DNA of 39,358 bases from contig NC_068986.1 in NCBI RefSeq assembly GCF_001194135.2, positions 56,898,775-56,938,132 of the forward strand, written 5' to 3'. The translations under genes were made by a program, and so were the position numbers. Positions 24,601-35,719 of this stretch are shown piece after piece. Below the pieces are notes generated by a model that did no database searches, had not been told where the DNA came from, and saw nothing but the letters and a program-made list of their open reading frames with translations. Origin of the DNA: Octopus bimaculoides (taxonomy: Eukaryota). The stretch's first letter is position 1. Each line of letters begins with the position of its first letter.

Positions 24601-25421
24601 AAATAATTGAAAATGCGATTTCCTGAAGTCTTTAACAATAAATGCATGTACCTATACAAAAGTAAGGCACGATAGAGTTATTAAATCATAAACAATGGAA
24701 GAAAACACATGATTATGATAACAATGATCATGAGATAAAAGCAAAACAGCTATCGTGCTAATCTGATTGTTCGAAGTGTTAAATAGATTGCTCCGAAAAG
24801 AATTTCAATGCTAGAAAAGATGCTTCCTCGCATTCCGACTAACTTCAATTCTCTCGACGGGTATTTTAATTTGAATGATGTAAATGCTAAATTCTTTGAC
24901 CGAAGTGCAAAATTGAATAATGGAAAAACGAATAAGAATGACTAACTTCATGGCGCTAATTTTTGTCACGACTTTGAATGACCCGATTATCAAATTGAAT
25001 AACAAACGTATTAAAATGTCTGCAAAAACCTATAGTACATTTGCTGATGTAAGCAAAGCTTGGTCAAGCAGTAATGAATTAATTGGAGGCGTAAATGAAA
25101 TATATTAATATACAACCATATTTAATGTGTTCGTGTACAATCGGAAACATTTCCTACAAAAATAGTTTCGGGACTAAATTGTGTTCATGGACAATATGTG
25201 TGAAAACACAAACTACAGTGTATAAGAACAACTGTTCTTAATATGCTGAAAACAACTGACTACGATTTCGGAGCTGATGAAGAGTAACGATCCGAGAACA
25301 CAAAGCATCCTTGAATCCGACGTGTGCCTTCCCTGGCCAATGGGAAGAGTTTTCTCCCAGTTATTTCTGCAGCGAGAGGTGTTTCCACGTCCGAATATAC
25401 ACGAAAATGAAAAGCATGACT

Positions 25422-25472
<51 letters not shown>

Positions 25473-25596
25473 CACAAACACACACATTCACACACAAACA
25501 TGTACACTTACATACAGATATTCACACACTCAATCACTCATATATATGTAAAATACATGTATATGTTTGTATTTGTATGTATATGTGTATACATAC

Positions 25597-25655
<59 letters not shown>

Positions 25656-26469
25656 CATATACATACATACATTGCATACACGCACACACATACGAGCGCG
25701 CGTACACACACACACACATATATGTGTAGACATTAACACATATATACGTATATGAATTAATGAATGTATGTTTTCCCATTCTGAATATCTGTACATGTCA
25801 AAGTGGATACGTATTTATTTGTAAGTCACTATATATGTGTATATGTCTGAGAGTGTTAGAGTGTATGATTGTATGTATGTTTGTATATGTGTATGAATAA
25901 CTTGATTAATTGTTCTGAGCGACGTAGATGTTGTTTGCTAAATTGTCAGATCTCGCTGGCGCCTCTGATTCGTTTCTCTCTAGACCGTAAAAAAAGCTAC
26001 TCCATACAATTTTCTTCCTCTTTTTCTGCCTTCCTTCATTATTTCCCCCACCTTTCCTTGTCAAACTTTACTTTCTCACCTCACTTCTGTTTCTATGTTT
26101 CCTCCTAGTCATGATGATTTTAACTCCTTCTTAATTTTTCTTCGCCTACTTTTTGTTTTATTATAATATGTTTGTTGCTCTCTTTCTCTTTCCTCCTTTC
26201 TTCTCATTCTCCTTTTTGTATCCTCTCTATCGTTTTCTCTCTTTCTCCTTATTTTTCCTTACTCAGCCTTTCCTTCCTCTCTCTTTCTCTCTTATTATCG
26301 TCACTACATCACCTCATTATCTATCTTTTTCTCACCAATTTCATACTTTTCACTATCATATTTCTATCTCAATGTCATTCACAAAATCTTTCTCTATCTA
26401 ACTCAGTCCATCTTCACTTTTTTCCCATTATCTCTGTCATCATCTTGAGTGCAGCCGGTTCCTCGTGAT

Positions 26470-26560
26470 TAGGTATTTTTCTTCGGGAACACGCGGTTCC
26501 TGGATCGATCCCACAGCGCGGCATCTTGGGCATATGTAGTCTAACTTCGAGTTGGCCAAT
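26470..26560 (+). mobile_element. SINE family B head fragment
   Basis: cacgcggttcctggatcgatcccacagcgcggcatcttgggca resembles catggttccgggttcagtcccactgcgtggcatcttgggca at 27658. Further degenerate heads at about 26810-26900 (+) and about 12465-12520 (-). Confidence 0.6.
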
Positions 26561-27615
26561 GCACGGTCGTTATACAACGACTAAAACCAATAAAAAATAA
26601 AAGAACAATATATGTGACTCGTTTTAACGCTACTTCGGCTTTTCTTAATTCTCTTTTCACTTCCTTCTTTCCACTTTCCGCTTATTTTCTCTCATATGCC
26701 TTTGTATCTTTTCTATTTTTCTTTTATAGTTTCTCTGTAGTACCTTCTATTAATGTAGCTTTGTCTTCCTCAACCCCTTTCTCATTCTTTCACGTACTTA
26801 TGTACGTAGAAATGGCTGTGTAGCTAAGAAATTTGCTTCGTAAGGCATGGCCTCAGCTAAGCACGGCACTTCTGCATGTATCTTCTATCTTAGTATCGGG
26901 TTGACAAATTATCCCTCTAGATTTCGTGGGATTGGAATTGTACAGAAGCCTGTTATGTATGTTTATATACACATATCGATACGGAGCAAACAATTCATGA
27001 GAAAAAATAATTCACGAAAAATTATTTTGCGAAGATATCATTAACTCTGTTATTATCCTGTGTAACAATTTTTAAAAAAATGATAATAACAGAATCAATA
27101 ATATAGGAGATTGGAGGAACAAAATAAGCATTAAATAGTTGAAGGATTAAAATTAATCAAAGGACATACTAAGTATGTCTACCTACTGGAAATAACTGTC
27201 AAAACTCTTATCTAAATCGCCAAAATACACTGATGATAACTACAGAAGTCAACCGAATCAAAACGGGCCAAGACAATCTCCCAACGTACATTCAAGGATA
27301 TGGACTCGCGGGACCGATTTCTGCACTGACAAAAACAGCCTCAGCTTCCTCAGCAGGCATTACCATGATAGAGACCCTCAACTCGTCGTGTTGAAGTATG
27401 CGCTTCAACTGATTCGTTTTGCACCGAAATCATGGCAGATTGACTAAAAATGCATAAAATAATTCAGATAGTTTTGGATTGATCATTTTCTGCATTAGTT
27501 TGGTAACTTTTCCTTCATCAGCAAAACATAGTGAGCGGAATAAATGAAAATATCTATACATACCCACAGAAAAGCACACGCAAAATGCGAGTACATACAA
27601 ATATTCACAAATATA

Positions 27616-27883
27616 GGCGCAGGAGTGGCTGTGTGGTAAGTTGCTTGCTTACCAAACACATGGTTCCGGGTTCAGTCCCACTGCGTGGCATCTTGGGCAA
27701 ATGTCTTCTACTATAGCCTCGGGCCGACCAAAGCCTTGTGAGTGGATTTGGTAGACGGAAACTGGAAGAAACCCGTCGTATATATGTATATATATATATA
27801 TATNNNNNNNNNNNNNNNNNNNNNNNNNNNNNNNNNNNNNNNNNNNNNNNNNNNNNNNNNNNNNNNNNNNNNNNNNNNNNNNN

Positions 27884-27923
<40 letters not shown>

Positions 27924-28124
27924 TGTGTCTGTGTTTGTCCCCCCAACATTGCTTCACAAACGACGCTGGTGTGTTTATGTCCCCGTCACTTAGCGGTTCG
28001 GCAAAAGAGACTGATAGAGTAAGTACTAGGCTTACAAAGAACAAGTCCCGGGGTCAATTTGCTCGACTAAAGGTGGTGCTCCAGCATGGCCGCAGTCAAA
28101 TGACTGAAACAAGTAAAAGAGTAA
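27616..28124 (+). mobile_element. SINE family B, full length, tRNA-derived with CORE-like segment and internal (TA)n(TG)n
   Basis: A box TGGCTGTGTGG (27626-27636), B box GGTTCAGTCC (27669-27678), catcttgggcaaatg CORE-like segment, internal microsatellite containing an N gap, 3' tail gaaacaagtaaaagagt. Confidence 0.93.
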
Positions 28125-29989
28125 TATATACGCATCGAATTCTGCAGTTCCATACAATTATATATCTCTATAAATGTATTTTACCTAAAAGGTTTGTTTA
28201 TATGCTAGCCACTTATAAAATTCATTAATTTTAATGATTGTATCCTTTAATTATGTTTTAAATATAACCCATTCACTTCGGGTCAGTTTATTCTGTACTA
28301 TTCTGACCAAATACACACGTATTGAGGTGGACTGCGAAATTCGATGCGTATTTATTTGTGAATATTTGTATGTACTCGCATTTTGCGTGTGCTTTTCTGT
28401 GTGTATGTATAGATATCTTCATTTATTTCGCTCAGTATGTTTTGCTGAAGAAGGAAAAGTTACCTAACTAACCCAGAAATTGATCAATTGAAAACTATCT
28501 GAATTATTTTACGAATTTTTAGTCAGTCTGCTTTCCCGCTTTCAACCTGTGTAAAATATATGTGGAATGAATATTTGAAGAGGTTGGACGTATTCGGCAT
28601 CTTTTTTCTGCATATAGGCATGATAGTTTGTGTACCCTTAAGTATAATTGTACCTTATACAGTTATATATCTGTATAAATGTATTTTACCTTAAAGTTTT
28701 TTATATGCTGGCGACTGATAAAATTCTTTAATTTCAATGATTCTATCCTTTAATTATGTTATACATAGTAATGTATATATCTTTAATATACTCTGCTATT
28801 TTATATAGTGTAAGCATTATCTGATACAGAATTTAACACGGTGGGTAAAATGGATAAATATACACCAGGTCGAGTCAAAAGTCTTTTTCGCATTACAATC
28901 TTTAATAAATAGTTCAAACTAATTAAATAGAAAAAGTGTTTATCTGTCAAAATATATATCGACATATTGTATTGTCTATTGACATCGTTGTACCCGAAGA
29001 TCACTTCCACGGTTACACCATTTGGTTGGCTTAGTGGTAAAATACTCCCTGCACTCGCGTTTTCCAACTGCTGTCAGTAGAAGAGATTCTTCCAGGATAG
29101 GTTCCAAACGTCTGCAAAATCAAAAGTAATCTATACAAGTCCATAGCAATCGGTTCTGTCGAGTATCGCAGACTAAATTTTGATGACCATAGTCCTCGAA
29201 TGAGGATTTTCCTTGATATTATTGTAGTTCAGCCAGTTACACCCTTACTTGGCAACTTATTTTATCCCATTACTCAACTTGACAGAATAGACCCGCTCAG
29301 GACATTGAAGAAATAGCTTTATTATTCATATATTACCCGACTTACCTCAGTATACCTCATGTATCCAAATAACTATGCAAAAAATAACTGACACTCGATA
29401 AATGTAAACTGTACATCATCTTGTATCGAGAGCTAATTTCTCTCCTTTCTAAGCATGCAGTCACACATACATTCATGGATATCATAATAGCACACGTATG
29501 TTAGTTTGCACGTGTGTGTGTGCATGTGAATTGTGTGAATGTATATGTTCATGCATGTGTATATGTTTTTTTATATTTTGAAAAATTTCTTAACTTTTCG
29601 CTTTGCTGATTTTTTGGTATGCCCTATAGAGTGTGTTGGGTATAACTCTCGAAAAACCGAATTAACTACTACCTTTGAAACTGGACTTATAAGTCATTCT
29701 CAGTGTCAAACACAACATCTCACATTTGGTCTTGTAGTCAATGACATTGAAAGCTCATCTCTTATAGAGACGTAACTGCAATAGTGCACTCCACTTGTTG
29801 TATGCATCAAAACTAAGAGCTTTGCTTTTTGAACATGTGAATATCCCTAAATCTGCTGTATAACAACATGCTTCTGTCATACGTATGAAATTCGTAAAAT
29901 GAGATAAGCTTTCATACCGTTAATCTTAATAAGTTGTTTTGCATTTATCTCATTCCAAACATGACTTAGATAACATGCCATTAAATGTG

Positions 29990-30400
29990 TTGAAGCCGAG
30001 ATCATTATGTCTTTACTTCAGCTACTGTACATTCAAGTCAGCATTATCTAAAGTGCCCTTTAGCTTTTAAAACTTGAAGAGTGAGATTTGAGACTGATTT
30101 GTCTGCTATTACAATCGGCTCGATGAAGTATGTAGACATACATCAGTTGGGTCTTTTTAATTCTTCTTTTTTGTTGATTTAGGCCTTCATTACAATACTC
30201 GTAACTTCCATGTTTTTCTTTGTTGCTTAATCATATCAGTCTATCGGTTGTCATTATTTAACCCTTAACCAGTCCTGATTGAGCAAACCTAAGATCAAAT
30301 ATTATTTCATCCATTAATAACAAACATGATATATCTTGAACAAAATTACACAACATACTCTTTTTAAAGCTGTAGAATGAGATTTGGTAGTCAAGTGTAA
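29990..30400 (+). repeat. Two adjacent family C remnants (about 29990-30140 and about 30265-30400)
   Basis: gcattatctaaagtgccctt...gtgagatttgagactgatttgtctgctatt aligns with the reverse complement of 20105-20199. The second copy ends gaatgagatttggtag. Another fragment at 31181-31234. Confidence 0.5.
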
Positions 30401-31448
30401 CAAATGATTTGCAGGCTAAAAGCACAGGTCTCTTCTTCAGACCTCATTAATACATTTTTAAGCTCAAGCGGACACATAGACTTACATCAATCGAAGGCTT
30501 TTTGACATGTATATATCATTGGAACTTAAATTACTAATCCTTTCTACTATAGGCACATGGCTGAAATTTTTGAGGAAGAGTAGATCGATTACATCGACTC
30601 AAGTGCTCGACTTTGTACTTGTTTTATCGACCACTCTAGTGACCATTCTGATGGCGCCAAAAGTAATTTTTCTTTTAGGCATTATACTAGGGTGTGATGC
30701 CGAAGGCGTTTGTCGTTTACCCGAGACCTATAAGATCAGCTCGATCAAACGTTCCTCTTGCAGGTTTCAAGAAAAAGCATATACAGTAGGGAATGAATAT
30801 CAGAAGGTAGAGGTTCTGGTAAGAAAGTACTGACGTAATTGTTAGTGCAGACTTTGTAGTGGACATAATATCGATGACGAGGGGGAGAGAAAAATGCCTG
30901 AATCAGGAGTGCTTCAGGGGAAATATTGCGAAACCAGCCATTTCCGAGTAACAGAATTCACTGTAGTAGCTGTAGAAAAGGCAGAGTAAAGAAACAGCAT
31001 GCAGCAAATTTGCTTATTAGTACGTTCTAACTGGTAAGCAACTTTATTCAATTCCTCGAGTGGCTATTCTTTGGATGTAATCTAGGATATTTGCAATCTG
31101 AAGAATCCTGAACGTAACTTCTCGTCTTTTTGAAGGTATTGAAAACAAATAAACGTCACCTTTTTGACTTAAGACACTGCTGAGATTTGATGTAGATTTG
31201 GCTGCTATGTGTAGCAGGTCATTCGACCATAAAGTGATTACTCTCTTTGGCTGTCTATGATATATTTATGGTCTAAGTTTGTGGTTCAGCATACACGATC
31301 CATCAACTGCGTTAGCTTTAGATGCATTATCATTTCCGAATTAAGCCTTTTAATTAACCTGTCACAGATTAGACTCTCGCAAAAAGTAATTCATATGATA
31401 TGTGAGCGAGCAATCAGTCAGTATCTTGTAATACCATCATCATCATCA

Positions 31449-31450
<2 letters not shown>

Positions 31451-31523
<73 letters not shown>
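31451..31523. repeat. (ATT)n microsatellite
   Basis: Direct inspection; source of the poly-L ORF. Confidence 0.97.
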
Positions 31524-31524
<1 letters not shown>

Positions 31525-32077
31525 CATTAATTTTATTATTGCTCATATTGTTATTTAACTCACTAGATATCCTATTCATACTTCAAGCATGCCAAATTAA
31601 CTGCGTGTATTGATAATATGAATATAAGATGATGTCCCAGAATAAGACTTGACAGAAAATGAAGAAGAAAAAAATATTTTTCTCGTTGACATATTTCATT
31701 CAATGTCTCCTCAAAAAGTCACCGAAGCAGAAGTTTAAATCTAGATTGATGTTCTAGAAGGAGCAAAACATCTTGTTGCTTGGTGAAAGCTTCACTGGAG
31801 ACTTGTCTTTAGTTAGGGAGGAAATGCTTTCAATTCTATTAACATGTTGCAAAGTAGAGACAAGAAGTCTGAAGAAAAAATAAATATCTAACTTTTGAAA
31901 GGATTAATGAACAGAGCAAGCCGTGTGTAAATATTGAATGAAATAAAGTAAACCATTGATTAGATTTGCTGACGAAAAATAAATATCTTAATAAAGACAT
32001 TTGATATATATGCATGTGTGTATGTATGTATGTATATATATGTAGATATCTAGGTATCTACATATATATATATACAA

Positions 32078-32092
32078 AGAGAGAGAGAGAGA

Positions 32093-32123
<31 letters not shown>

Positions 32124-32306
32124 NNNNNNNNNNAGAGAGAGAGAGAGAGGGAGAGAGAGAGAGAGAGATAAATAGATAGATAGAGAGATAAATACACATT
32201 TACATACACACATACACGCATATATAAATAAATACATATTTGCACACACACATGTATGTGTGTGCAAATATCTATCTATATCTTTCTCTGTCTGTTTGTC
32301 TGTCTG

Positions 32307-32343
<37 letters not shown>

Positions 32344-32372
32344 CTGTCTGTCTGTCTGTCTCTCTCTCTCTG

Positions 32373-32427
<55 letters not shown>

Positions 32428-32450
32428 GTATATATATATATATATATATG
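32078..32450. repeat. Compound (GA)n/(CT)n/(CTGT)n/(TA)n microsatellites
   Basis: Direct inspection. Confidence 0.95.
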
Positions 32451-32704
32451 GTATTAATTTCCATAACTACCCGTCGTGTATAACTTTTGATCTGACCCGG
32501 TACAATACCTATGTGTATATGTATATATGTATGTATGTACGTATATACCTATATGTATCTAAGTATGTATGTGTTTGTGTTTATCATTGTCACCATTGGA
32601 TTTCTTACATCCATTCAGAGAGCTGGGTCTGGTGTAAGATGAAAGGGAGATCACAAGATACACGTTTATATATTCATACATATGCAAATATATGTGTATA
32701 TATA

Positions 32705-33183
32705 CGAGGGGGTACCGAAAAGAAACCGGAATTTTGCCATATTATTTCATTCACTCACATTTACATGTTTACATTTTTATCGCCTTCAAAGTATTCTCCA
32801 TTTGCAGCAATGCATCGGTCTAGACGCGTTTTCCAATGTTCGAAGCAGTCCTAAAACTCTTGCGAAGTGATGCCTCTTAACACCGCCGTCGTTTTTTCTT
32901 CACCCTTTCCACATCTGTAAAACGTTTTCCTTTAGGGACTTTTTTCATTCGGGGAAACAATAAAAAGTCGCAAGGACCAAGATCGGGTGAATGGGCAGGG
33001 TGGGTAAACGGGATCATTCCATTTCTTAGTCAAAAACTGTCTCACACTCAAGGTGGTGTGCGAAGGTACATTTTCGTGATGGAACTACTACTCTCCATTT
33101 TGTTACTGGTGTGGGTCGTTTTCGTCTCAGCGTGTCCTGCAAACGCTTCAGAACTGCCATGCAAAATGTCCAGTTGAAGGTTG
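32705..33183 (-). mobile_element. Tc1/mariner (mariner, DD34D-type) transposon, 3' half with one TIR
   Basis: TA at 32703-32704 followed by TIR-like CGAGGGGGTACCGAAAAGAAACCGGAA. Minus-strand translation with frameshifts: VLKRLQDTLRRKRP, FHHENVPSHT, HPAHSPDLGPCDFLLFPRMKK..KGKRF, CFEHWKTRLDRCIAANGEYFEGD. Confidence 0.93.
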
Positions 33184-33314
33184 ATCAGGAGGAGCAAATA
33201 CAATTCCTTTATATACCACACATATCACTTTGATTTAATTTGTAACATCAAAAAGCCTGATCATCCGATGATCATTAAGCTTCGTGTCGTATTTGGATCC
33301 TAACTGTTATAATC

Positions 33315-33324
33315 TCTCTCTCTC

Positions 33325-33370
<46 letters not shown>

Positions 33371-33447
33371 GCATTCTTTCTCTCAAGCACGCAAACACAT
33401 ACACTCACGTATATAGGCAAGAAACACACAACTCATATTAATAAACA

Positions 33448-33503
<56 letters not shown>

Positions 33504-33551
33504 CTTCTATCTATCTATCTATCTATCTATCTNNNNNNNNNNTAATAAACA

Positions 33552-33607
<56 letters not shown>

Positions 33608-33609
33608 CT

Positions 33610-33643
<34 letters not shown>

Positions 33644-33714
33644 GATACATACATACATACATACATATACATACGTGCGCGCGCACACACTCACACTCAC
33701 ACTGACGTACATAA

Positions 33715-33774
<60 letters not shown>
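33315..33774. repeat. Compound (CT)n/(ATCT)n/(ATAC)n/(CA)n microsatellite block
   Basis: Direct inspection; contains a 10-N gap. Confidence 0.95.
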
Positions 33775-33777
<3 letters not shown>

Positions 33778-33779
<2 letters not shown>

Positions 33780-33952
33780 AGAACAAGAATGGTTTGAAAT
33801 TCACCACAGCTTCTCCAGACGTGTTTTTTATTGATGAACAAATCAATCACCTCATGCAAACAGCCGTTTTCTACACGATGGAATTGATTTGGTCATCAAT
33901 AAAAATCACTGCTGAAGCACCTGTAGTGAACCTCAATCCATTTGTGTTCTTA
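33778..33952. repeat. Long imperfect inverted repeat (fold-back), about 175 bp
   Basis: Core 33821-33847 matches the reverse complement of 33883-33909 at 25/27 positions; outer arm taagaacaagaatggtttga pairs with the reverse complement taagaacacaaatggattga. Confidence 0.85.
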
Positions 33953-34234
33953 TTCATTTTATACCATACCTGGAACCTTCCCTACGTTGGATCTGGAACT
34001 TAAAGGGATCGGCGAAGCTGCATACCACAGTAGTCTGTATGTAAGTTTCTTTTTTACACAGATCAATGAGTATATTGATCTATTTATGTGCAATCTATGC
34101 TAGAGACAGGACAAGCCCGTATACGCATTACTATATGCGAGAGTGTCCATATATCAATATACCGTTGATACATGGATATGCTATTCTCGGCCCTAAATTG
34201 GTGTTTTATTCAAATGGCTACTGCAAATTGTATA

Positions 34235-34329
34235 CATACCTACATACCTACATACATACATACACACATACATACATACATACATGCATACATACATACA
34301 TACATACATACATACATACATACATACAT

Positions 34330-34362
<33 letters not shown>
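34235..34362. repeat. (ATAC)n then (TA)n microsatellite
   Basis: Direct inspection. Confidence 0.97.
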
Positions 34363-34367
<5 letters not shown>

Positions 34368-34462
34368 GACAGAATTGAAAGCGGTTGGATTTGAACAAAG
34401 AATGCCATTTTTTACAGATGTTCTAGCGCTGCAGCCATTTTACCACCTTTCATCTAGTTTGC

Positions 34463-34682
34463 AATAATAATAATGATCTTTTCTAATATAAAACAATACT
34501 GTTTTTCACAGGGGTGTAGTCTATTATATCGATCCAAGTGATTGAGCGGTATTTACTTTATCGACTTTAAAAGACGAGGGGCAAAGTCTACCACGACAGA
34601 ATTTGAACTGAAAATGTAGAGAGCCTAGAAAAATACCCCCTCAGCATTATGTCCGACGCGCGAACCAGTGTGCCAGTTTGGA
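34463..34682 (-). mobile_element. SINE family A, degenerate
   Basis: ggcaaagtctacc...gaatttgaact...cagcatt is the reverse complement of the family A core; (AAT)n tail. Confidence 0.7.
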
Positions 34683-34920
34683 GGGTTTTAATCTCATGAT
34701 GAAGTGAAATACGAAGAATCTATTTCCAACTATTTAAAAAAAAAGAAAAACAAAGTCTCTTTCTTGGAGTTGGTGTCATGGAAATGGTATTGTTTCATGA
34801 ATGCTCTCCCGGAAGACATTCATATTCCTTTCCGGTCTGACCGCATGAGATCCATTATTTTCTTTCATTCGGTTGATTTCACTGCACCACGACGTGATTA
34901 GATCAACACCACATAGTCAC

Positions 34921-34921
34921 T

Positions 34922-34958
<37 letters not shown>

Positions 34959-34985
34959 GCAGCAGCACCAGCAGCACCAGCAGCG
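34921..34985. repeat. (AAC)n grading into (AGC)n/(AGCACC)n
   Basis: Direct inspection. Confidence 0.95.
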
Positions 34986-35470
34986 GTATGGATAACAATA
35001 AAATAAAAGAACGAATTAGATAAATATACATATACAAGATGGAGAGTAAAAAACACTTACACGATCTTTATTATAAAAGCACTTTGTTATTCACTTCTAC
35101 GTGTACACGATCCATTTTATTTACACGTGACAGTGGTTAATAGCTAGATACTTGCTTAATTGATTGAAACTTTAATTGTTTTACTACATTCCTACATTAT
35201 ATAGCCGTTGTTGTTTCTGTTGTTGTCGTCGACGTTGTTGCTGAAACATAGTTCAGCCCCTATTAATGCTGAAACATCTATCATCAAAGGCACTCAAGCT
35301 GTAAACATCTTGTCATTTTATTTATAAGAGATTTCATTGTACAATATGCATCCTTTATTTAAAGCAATGATGTTTTGACTGCTACATCTAGCACATCGAG
35401 TGTCCACGGAGAGTCTGCATTCTCTCTCCTTCTCTCTCTCTCTCTCTCTTTCTCTGTATGTATTTGTGTG

Positions 35471-35513
<43 letters not shown>

Positions 35514-35530
35514 NNNNNNNNNNATATAAG

Positions 35531-35719
35531 ATATTGGTCTAAAACTTTGGCTCAACGCAAGCAATTTCGGTGTTCAGCTGGTACTTATTTTATGTTCGGT
35601 TGGTACATATTTTGAAAGGCAAAGTCGACATAGGCGGAATTTGAAAACAGCTCCTAAACTCGGACGAAATGCTGGGAAGCATTTTGCCTGGTGTGTTAAT
35701 AATTCTGCGAGCTCACCGC
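35531..35719 (-). mobile_element. SINE family A, degenerate
   Basis: aaaggcaaagtcgac...ggcggaatttgaa...gcgagctcaccgc is the reverse complement of the family A head and core; tail atattggtctaaaactttggc. Confidence 0.8.

Noticed and set aside
25265-25300. CTGATGAagagtaacgatccGAGAac hammerhead-like motif
   Set aside because: It lacks GAAA and a paired stem II; I cannot separate it from chance without family context.
27180-27450. GC-richer stretch with frame FCTDKNSLSFLSRH..LKYALQLIRF, faintly like Gypsy RNase H (TDHxSLxFL)
   Set aside because: The similarity is too weak and there are no adjacent RT, integrase or LTR signals.
27616-27690. tRNA-like A/B boxes as a tRNA gene (also the family A heads)
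   Set aside because: They continue directly into SINE body sequence and give no convincing cloverleaf.
33435-33640. Apparent tandem duplication taataaacat(atct)n..atccttct(atct)n on both sides of a 10-N gap (similar at 32078-32170)
   Set aside because: Most likely unmerged overlapping contig ends, an assembly artefact.
33969-34046. Splice-like signals on both strands (cag|gtatgg minus, tat|gtaagt plus)
   Set aside because: No coherent exon with a good acceptor and recognisable peptide; the neighbouring structure is better explained by the fold-back.
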